This document shows positions 57,860-64,000 of a stretch of 64,000 nucleotides of DNA, piece by piece. The notes under the pieces are model-generated. The model was not told where the DNA came from. It made no database searches and saw only the letters and a program-made list of their open reading frames with translations. Each line of letters starts with the position of its first letter. Position 1 is the first letter of the stretch. The stretch comes from Burkholderiales bacterium. GTDB taxonomy: Bacteria; Pseudomonadota; Gammaproteobacteria; Burkholderiales; JBBRTU01. The stretch spans positions 866-64,865 of the forward strand of contig JBBRTU010000005.1 in assembly GCA_038244115.1 (NCBI GenBank), read 5' to 3'. The translations under genes and the position numbers were made by a program.

Positions 57860-58525
57860 CTAAGCAGCCATCGCTACCGCGCGCTGTTCGGCTTTCCACT
57901 CGGGATAGCCGTCCTGCAACCGCCGCGCTTGCAAACCGCGTTTGCGCAATTGCTCCACTGCATAAAATGCCATCATGCAATACGGACCACGGCAATAAGC
58001 AATAATTTCCCGATCCCTCGGCAACTCCTTCAAGCGCTTGAACAAATCGTCAACGGGCATATTGATCGCCCCCGCGATATGGCCAGCGGCGTATTCGGAC
58101 TCAGGACGAACATCCAGCAATAGGGCATCCCCTCGCTTGAGCAGGGTGATCAACTCGTCGCGCTTTACCGGTTTAAGTTTATCCCGATTATTAAAGCTCT
58201 CGCGCACGATGCGTTCGACTTCTACAAGCTGAGCCTCGGCAACACCACGGATAGCCACCAGCAGATCGGTAACCGCATCATCGGCTAAGCGATAAAACAC
58301 GCGCAATCCCTCCTTGCGGGAATGTGCCAGGCCGCTAACGCGGAGCACTTGCAAATGATGCGAGGTGTTGGCAACAGACATGCCGCTGGACTTGGCCAGC
58401 TCATCCACACTCCGTTCACCCTGACCGAGCGTTTCCAGAAGCTCGAGACGGTTAGGGCTACCCATTGCCTTGGCAACGCGGGCAAAGTGTTCAAACAATC
58501 GCTTTCTAGGCGAAATATTAGTCAT
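57860..58525 (-). CDS. ArsR/SmtB-family HTH regulator fused to a C-terminal rhodanese domain
   Basis: N-terminal NRLELLETLGQGERSVDELAKSSGMSVANTSHHLQVLR. C-terminal LLLDVRPESEYAAGHIAGA...AYCRGPYC (rhodanese active-site Cys). Confidence 0.85.
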   Translation of the reverse strand: MTNISPRKRLFEHFARVAKAMGSPNRLELLETLGQGERSVDELAKSSGMSVANTSHHLQVLRVSGLAHSRKEGLRVFYRLADDAVTDLLVAIRGVAEAQLVEVERIVRESFNNRDKLKPVKRDELITLLKRGDALLLDVRPESEYAAGHIAGAINMPVDDLFKRLKELPRDREIIAYCRGPYCMMAFYAVEQLRKRGLQARRLQDGYPEWKAEQRAVAMAA

Positions 58526-58573
58526 TTCCAGTACCCCAATTAAGATTAAGACAGATTCTAAAATCCCGCACGA

Positions 58574-59584
58574 TTATAAGATTACTCCGCCCTCCTTGGC
58601 AACGATGTTGTCATGGAGTTGATCACCAACCAGTTGCGCGAGGCCGGCTTCCAGACAATCGAACCGTTCCACATCCGCCATGGATCGCAGCCAGGTAAGT
58701 TGGCGTTTGGCAAGCTGGCGCGTCGCGGCGATGGCTTTTTCCCGCAGTACCGCAAGATCGAATTCCCCGTCCAGATACTGCCACACCTGTCGATAGCCGA
58801 CGCAGCGCATGGATGGCATGGACGGCGATAACTGGTATCGCTCACGCAAATTTTTCACTTCTTCGATCAGGCCTTGGGCCAGCATGGTATCGAAACGCTG
58901 CGCAATGCGCTGGTGCAGAACCGCCCGCTCGCCCGGTATCAGCGCCAGAGCGGTAATGTCATAAGGCACGCCTCCCTGACCGGCCTCGGCCAACCATGCC
59001 GACATGGGCCGTCCGCTAAGCCGGAATATTTCCAGCGCGCGTTGAATACGCTGCGAGTCTGCGGGCTTTAAACGCGCTGCCGTTTCCGGATCAACGCGCC
59101 CCAATTCCTCATGCATAGCCTGCCAGCCGCGCTCGGCGGCCTCCGCATCAAGTGCGGCGCGCACGCTCGGGTCGGCCTGCGGAAGATCATGCAAGCCCTC
59201 GCGCAATGCCTTGAAATACAGCATGGTGCCGCCCACCAGCAAGGGCACTTTGCCGCGCGCGGTAATTTCCGCCATTAGACTTAATGCATCGGCGCAGAAC
59301 TGCGCGGCAGAATAAGCTTCGATCGGATCGATAATGTCAATTAGATAATGTGGCGCTCTGGCCAGCGTCGCCGCATCCGGCTTGGCCGTGCCGATATCCA
59401 TATGACGGTACACCAGCGCGGAATCGACACTGATGATTTCCAACGGAAAGCGTTCAACCAGATCCACCGCAACATCAGTCTTGCCGCTGGCAGTGGGGCC
59501 CATGAGAAAAATTGCCGGGGGCAATTTTTCTCCGTTTCGGGTTACGGGTTTCGGGTTTCGGGTTAATTGTAAAGGCGCCATCAT
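58574..59584 (-). CDS. miaA: tRNA dimethylallyltransferase
   Basis: [14 protein letters not shown]-loop and typical MiaA body. Start is either the ATG at 59584 or the TTG at 59524. The ORF-track start at 59743 overlaps mutL. Confidence 0.9.
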   Translation of the reverse strand: MMAPLQLTRNPKPVTRNGEKLPPAIFLMGPTASGKTDVAVDLVERFPLEIISVDSALVYRHMDIGTAKPDAATLARAPHYLIDIIDPIEAYSAAQFCADALSLMAEITARGKVPLLVGGTMLYFKALREGLHDLPQADPSVRAALDAEAAERGWQAMHEELGRVDPETAARLKPADSQRIQRALEIFRLSGRPMSAWLAEAGQGGVPYDITALALIPGERAVLHQRIAQRFDTMLAQGLIEEVKNLRERYQLSPSMPSMRCVGYRQVWQYLDGEFDLAVLREKAIAATRQLAKRQLTWLRSMADVERFDCLEAGLAQLVGDQLHDNIVAKEGGVIL

Positions 59585-59620
59585 CTCAACTCGAAACCCG
59601 TAACTCGAAACGAGTAACCC
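59532..59620. repeat. Imperfect inverted repeat with GGGTTTC heptads at the mutL-miaA junction
   Basis: Left arm CCGTTTCGGGTTACGGGTTTCGGGTTTCGGGTT. Right arm AACTCGAAACCCGTAACTCGAAACGAGTAACCC. The loop contains the miaA ATG-ATG. Confidence 0.7.
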
Positions 59621-59624
59621 TGTT

Positions 59625-61412
59625 TCATTTGCCGCGCATGAAAAACTTGTCCAACTCAGCCATGGAAAACTGAAACCATGTTGGCCGGCCATGATTGCAT
59701 TGACCGGAACGCTCGGTCGCTTCCATATCACGCAGCAGCGCATTCATCTCCGGCAGAGCGAGACGACGGTTGGCGCGCACTGCCCCGTGGCATGCCAGTG
59801 TCGCTAGCAGTTCATTACGCCGCTCGGTAAGCAACCGGCTTGCGCCGACTTCGCGCATGTCCTTCAACACGTCACGCGCAAGCTGCGCTGCGTCGGCGTC
59901 TTTGAGCATGGCCGGTACAGCACGCACCGCCAGCGCGGTGGGTGACAACGGTGCCATTTCGAAACCCAGTTCGCGCAACGCATCGGCATGCTCTTCCACC
60001 GTGGCCACATCCAGCGCGTCGGCTTGAAAAGTCACCGGAATCAGTAGCGGTTGCATGGCCAGCGTATGACTATCTAGCGCCGTTTTAAGCCGTTCGTAGA
60101 CGATGCGCTCGTGGGCAGCATGCATATCCACCACGACCAAGCCATGTTCATTCTGCGCCAGCACATACACACCATGTAGTTGTGCAATGGCAAAACCCAG
60201 TGGGGGAATTTCCTGCCCAGCTTGCGGCATTGCTTCCCGGGCTGCGCTCACCTCCTGGCCAAACAAAGTGTCATAAAAAGCCAGTGGCTGCGCTGCACCG
60301 AATGCCATGCGGCTCTGTGTCGGCGCAGAATACGTAGGGTGTATATACGATCTTTCGGTGGATGTAGAGTGCGCCGTGTGCGGGAGTTCATTGGTGCGCA
60401 CAGCGCCTACCACTCCTGAATCCTGCCCGCCGGCCAGCGCTTTATTCAGCGCATGAAACACAAACTGATGCACCGCGCGTGAATCGCGGAAACGCACTTC
60501 GATTTTGGTCGGGTGCACATTGACATCCACGCCCAGCGGATCAATTTCCAGGAACAGCGCGAAAGCCGGATGACGCTCGTGATGCAACACATCGCGATAG
60601 GCTTCGCGGATGGCGTGCGCCAACAGTTTGTCGCGTACAAAACGGCCATTCACATACACATACTGCGCGTCGCGCGAACCACGTGAATAGGTGGGTGAGC
60701 CGGCCATGCCCCACATACGCAGGTCACCCGATTGTTCGTCGAAAAGAATGCCGGACTGCGCAAACTCATCGCCCAGCACCGCGCCAATGCGCGCTGCCGT
60801 GTCTGCAGACGCAGGCAGATGACGTTGAACGCGGCCATTGTGTTGCAGAGTGAAGCCAATATCCGGACGGGATAATGCCACGCGTCGAAAAATTTCGTCG
60901 CAGTGGGCAAATTCCGTCGCCTCGGTTTTGAGAAATTTGCGCCGTGCTGGCGTGTTGTAATACAGGTCGCGCACTTCAATGCTGGTACCGGCCCCAAGCG
61001 CTGCCGGTTGCGCTTCTGACAAGCTGCCGCTTTCCGCTTCCACTTGCCATGCATGGCGTTCGTCAGGCGTGCGGCTGAGCAATGTTATGCGCGCCACAGC
61101 AGCGATACTGGCCAACGCCTCACCGCGAAAACCCAGGCTCGCCACCCGCTCCAAATCCTCTAGCGTGCCGATTTTGCTGGTTGCGTGGCGCGCCAAAGCC
61201 AATGCCAGCTCGTCACGTCCGATGCCGCCGCCGTTGTCCACCACGCGCAATTGCTTCACCCCGCCCTGCGCCAGATGCACGGTAATATCGCTCGCCCCTG
61301 CATCCACGCTGTTTTCCAGCAACTCCTTCAGCGCCGAAGCCGGGCGCTCAACCACCTCGCCGGCAGCGATCTGGTTGATAAGCAAATCAGGAAGAAGTTG
61401 AATGCGTGACAT
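59625..61412 (-). CDS. mutL: DNA mismatch repair protein MutL
   Basis: [27 protein letters not shown] (GHKL ATPase) ... C-terminal QCNHGRPT. Confidence 0.95.
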   Translation of the reverse strand: MSRIQLLPDLLINQIAAGEVVERPASALKELLENSVDAGASDITVHLAQGGVKQLRVVDNGGGIGRDELALALARHATSKIGTLEDLERVASLGFRGEALASIAAVARITLLSRTPDERHAWQVEAESGSLSEAQPAALGAGTSIEVRDLYYNTPARRKFLKTEATEFAHCDEIFRRVALSRPDIGFTLQHNGRVQRHLPASADTAARIGAVLGDEFAQSGILFDEQSGDLRMWGMAGSPTYSRGSRDAQYVYVNGRFVRDKLLAHAIREAYRDVLHHERHPAFALFLEIDPLGVDVNVHPTKIEVRFRDSRAVHQFVFHALNKALAGGQDSGVVGAVRTNELPHTAHSTSTERSYIHPTYSAPTQSRMAFGAAQPLAFYDTLFGQEVSAAREAMPQAGQEIPPLGFAIAQLHGVYVLAQNEHGLVVVDMHAAHERIVYERLKTALDSHTLAMQPLLIPVTFQADALDVATVEEHADALRELGFEMAPLSPTALAVRAVPAMLKDADAAQLARDVLKDMREVGASRLLTERRNELLATLACHGAVRANRRLALPEMNALLRDMEATERSGQCNHGRPTWFQFSMAELDKFFMRGK

Positions 61413-61481
61413 GGAAACTGACCAAATTTGAATTGGCCATTATACTGGCCTCATCACTTTTCAACACGGATGGAGTTAAAG

Positions 61482-62045
61482 ATGGGCCTGCGGCTTAACC
61501 TTGGATGCGGCAACCACAAACTGGACGGGTTCGTGAACGTCGATTCCCAGCCGCATTGCAAGCCTGACCAGGTAATCAATTTAGAATCTTTTCCCTGGCC
61601 ATGGCCCGACAACAGCGTGGAAGAAATTTTCATGAGCCATGTACTGGAACACCTGGGCGCCACCACCGAACTCTATTTTGGCGTGATCAAGGAAATGTAC
61701 CGGGTGTGCGCACCGAATGCCAAAATCACCATCATTGTGCCCCACCCGCGCAGCGACAATTATCTTGCCGACCCAACCCACGTGCGGCCCATCACCGGCA
61801 TTGGTCTCAGCATGTTCGACCAGGCTTTGAACCAGCAGTCGATTGACGCTGGGCACTCCACCACTCCGCTCGGTATCTACATCGGCGTTAATTTCAAGCT
61901 GGAGTCTACCGATGCCAAATTCATTGAGCCTTGGGGTACACGCTTCAGCAGCGGCCAGGTAACGGATGAAGACGTGCGGATGGCCGTGCAAAATTTCTAC
62001 AACGTGATTGGTGATACGGCGTTTGTGTTGCGTGCGGTGAAATAA
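61482..62045 (+). CDS. Class I SAM-dependent methyltransferase
   Basis: LNLGCGNHKLDGFVNVD (motif I). Start trimmed to the ATG at 61482, preceded by GGAG. Confidence 0.7.
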   Translation: MGLRLNLGCGNHKLDGFVNVDSQPHCKPDQVINLESFPWPWPDNSVEEIFMSHVLEHLGATTELYFGVIKEMYRVCAPNAKITIIVPHPRSDNYLADPTHVRPITGIGLSMFDQALNQQSIDAGHSTTPLGIYIGVNFKLESTDAKFIEPWGTRFSSGQVTDEDVRMAVQNFYNVIGDTAFVLRAVK

Positions 62046-62065
62046 TTACCCTGATAAAGCAGTTG

Positions 62066-62083
62066 AACCGCAGAGTCGCAGAG
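62066..62083. repeat. Half-site of the CGCAGAG-variant element (copy 7)
   Basis: AACCGCAGAGTCGCAGAG matches the left arm of 3733-3856. No opposing arm was seen. Confidence 0.5.
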
Positions 62084-62228
62084 AAAGAAGTCATGAATAT
62101 TCCACTGTTGCTGATTCCGGCCATGCTGACCATCTGTGTACCGTATGAATTGAACAATTTGCAACCTGCGCGCAGAATGTCGCCTTGAAAGCCGACATTT
62201 CGGTCAGCCAATATGCATTAGATATCCC

Positions 62229-63014
62229 ATGACTTTGCAAAACGAACCCACAGCTTCCGCCCACACCGCCACCAATACCTTCCGTGCCCAAAATGGTGAA
62301 GATCGCTGGTTGGATACGTACTTCGGGCACAATCGTAATGGCTTCTTCGTCGATATCGGCGCCTATAACGGTGTCGACCTCAGCAACAGTTATCACTTCG
62401 AGCAAATCGGCTGGACTGGTGTACTGGTCGAGCCCGATCCAGAGCATGCCGCCCATTGTCACGCAGCCCGCCCGCGCTCGCATAGCTTCCATTGTGCGGC
62501 CGTCAGTTCATCTGAGATCAATGAAATCACCTTTCACAGGGTACAATCGGCTGGTGTGTATTCGACGACGAATCTCACGCCTGAACATGCACAGCGTCTC
62601 TCCGGTATGGGCTGTGCACTCAAACCGATTACCGTACCGGCGCGCACGCTCGATTCGATACTTGAGGAAATCCGCACCACGATGGTCGACTTCGTCAGCA
62701 TTGATGTGGAAGGCGCGGAGCTTGATGTACTGCAAGGGTTCGACATCGAACGCTGGAAACCAACCATCGTTGTCATTGAGTCGAACAGCAAATCACGCCC
62801 AAGCGCCATTCGTGATTATTTCGTGCGCTATGGCTATGCATACCAGCACTCTATCGATGTAAATGACTTCTACCTGCGTGTGGGCGAAGGCGCGGCAACC
62901 GCCACTCGAGATGCGCTGAATTACTCGCGGCACCAGATCAGACGCCGATTCACCCGTTTGGGCCAGAATCTCCGCCGAGCCTGGTACAAACATGTTAGCG
63001 GCTGGAAGAATTAG
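62229..63014 (+). CDS. FkbM-family methyltransferase
   Basis: NGFFVDIGAYNGVDLSNS ... VDFVSIDVEGAELDVLQG. Confidence 0.8.
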   Translation: MTLQNEPTASAHTATNTFRAQNGEDRWLDTYFGHNRNGFFVDIGAYNGVDLSNSYHFEQIGWTGVLVEPDPEHAAHCHAARPRSHSFHCAAVSSSEINEITFHRVQSAGVYSTTNLTPEHAQRLSGMGCALKPITVPARTLDSILEEIRTTMVDFVSIDVEGAELDVLQGFDIERWKPTIVVIESNSKSRPSAIRDYFVRYGYAYQHSIDVNDFYLRVGEGAATATRDALNYSRHQIRRRFTRLGQNLRRAWYKHVSGWKN

Positions 63015-63119
63015 AGGAATTAGGGACAGACCATGATTTTCGGTTCAATCGAAAATCGTCCAACAAGACCATCATGAAGATGCGCAAAAAGACGAGAGCC
63101 TCTGGTATTTATTCGGCAA

Positions 63120-64000
63120 TTAAAGACTGCGTGCCAGCTTAGACCTAGCCAGCGGGGGGTTCTTCGCAAAATAACCTCTAATGCCCGTCACGATAGCGGC
63201 GGCCATTTTGTCCTGGTAGTCACTATCGGTAAGTCTTTTCTCTTCTTCCGGGTTGGAGATGAAGGCCGTTTCCACCAGGATGGAGGGAATATCCGGCGCC
63301 TTCAGCACAGCAAAGCCTGCCTGTTCCACTGAACCCTTGTGCAGGTCATTGATCTCGCCCAGTTCTGACAGCACCGATTTACCCAGCTTGAGACTGTCGT
63401 TGATGGTCGCCGTTTGTGATAGATCGATCAATGTCTGTTTGAGGTAAACATCCTTCACGTCGATGTTCACGCCGCCGATCAGATCGGCATCATTTTCCTT
63501 CTTCGCCAGCCAGCGCGCTGCCGCACTGGTGGCGCCGTGCTCAGACAAGGCAAACACCGATGATCCGCGTGCATCAGATTTAATAAATGCATCGGCATGG
63601 ATCGACACAAACAAATCGGCATTCACCTTGCGCGCTTTCACCACACGATTTTGCAAGGGAATAAAAAAATCGCCATCGCGGGTCAGCACGGCACGCATAT
63701 TGGGTTGCTGATCAATTTGTGCCTTGAGCTTGCGCGCAATCGCCAAGGTTACATCTTTCTCGTTGGCGCCACCTTTGCCGTGTGCGCCGGGATCTTCGCC
63801 ACCGTGACCGGCATCAATGGCCACCGTCACCAACCGGGTTACTTCGTCATTTTTCTTGCTGCGCGGAGCTGTTTTGGCAAGCTTTTCCTCAGCGCCTTTG
63901 CTGGTCTGCTGCGGTGCGTCTTTACTCACTTCCTCCGCTGGTTTCAGGCTCACTGCTTCAATTTTTGCTTTGCCCTCATCGTCAGATTTTTCAGTCATTT
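63120..64000 (-). CDS. N-acetylmuramoyl-L-alanine amidase (AmiB/AmiC-like), C-terminal part; gene continues past the right edge
   Basis: Amidase_3 domain: VAIDAGHGGEDPGA ... FVSIHADA ... ILVETAFISNPEEE. The low-complexity linker upstream implies the N-terminus lies outside the window. Confidence 0.88.
   Translation of the reverse strand, partial: MTEKSDDEGKAKIEAVSLKPAEEVSKDAPQQTSKGAEEKLAKTAPRSKKNDEVTRLVTVAIDAGHGGEDPGAHGKGGANEKDVTLAIARKLKAQIDQQPNMRAVLTRDGDFFIPLQNRVVKARKVNADLFVSIHADAFIKSDARGSSVFALSEHGATSAAARWLAKKENDADLIGGVNIDVKDVYLKQTLIDLSQTATINDSLKLGKSVLSELGEINDLHKGSVEQAGFAVLKAPDIPSILVETAFISNPEEEKRLTDSDYQDKMAAAIVTGIRGYFAKNPPLARSKLARSL

Noticed and set aside
63035-63057. Hairpin GATTTTCG-n7-CGAAAATC between the FkbM gene and the amidase, as a bidirectional terminator
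   Set aside because: The stem is short and AT-rich, with no U-tract on either strand. Too weak to annotate.

Overview
This 64 kb chromosomal window looks like a sulfur-oxidising betaproteobacterium (Nitrosomonadales-like); the taxonomic call is inferred from gene content and synteny, not from a search. Coding density is high, and I found no rRNA, tRNA or CRISPR.

Blocks in order:
1. Housekeeping genes: ybbN-like, apaG, rpe, gph, trpE.
2. A dense c-di-GMP signalling neighbourhood (6.0-15.5 kb): PilZ-DUF1631-GGDEF-EAL, CheY/CheC/PAS-GGDEF, HD-GYP and an unknown 552 aa protein.
3. A pyrophosphate-economy cluster: hppA, pfp, adk.
4. kdsB, a Trm112-like gene, lpxK and exbBD, then xseA, moaC and a BepA-like peptidase.
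5. A truncated sox operon, soxXYZAB.
6. A roughly 6 kb accessory island (34.65-40.85 kb) holding a REP-associated tyrosine transposase flanked by inverted REPs, a RAYT remnant, five toxin-antitoxin modules or derivatives, and an orphan sigma54-driven type IV pilin.
7. mtnA plus a class II aldolase, and a FadL-family porin.
8. A cytoplasmic sulfur-oxidation block: LbpA, two LipS-type radical SAM genes, sLpl ligase, a GGR-like flavoprotein, rhd-tusA-dsrE, soeABC and an ArsR-rhodanese regulator.
9. miaA, mutL, two methyltransferases and a partial amidase.

Three repeat families are visible:
- CGCAGAT-heptamer palindromic elements at 7 loci. One copy carries a GxxExxY PD-(D/E)XK nuclease gene and sits inside the lipoate-assembly operon.
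- GTCTAGAC-core REPs tied to the RAYT.
- A 141 bp MITE-like element in two copies.

The nuclease-bearing palindromic element is my best candidate for an undescribed system. All family names come from reading motifs in the translations; no database search was run.
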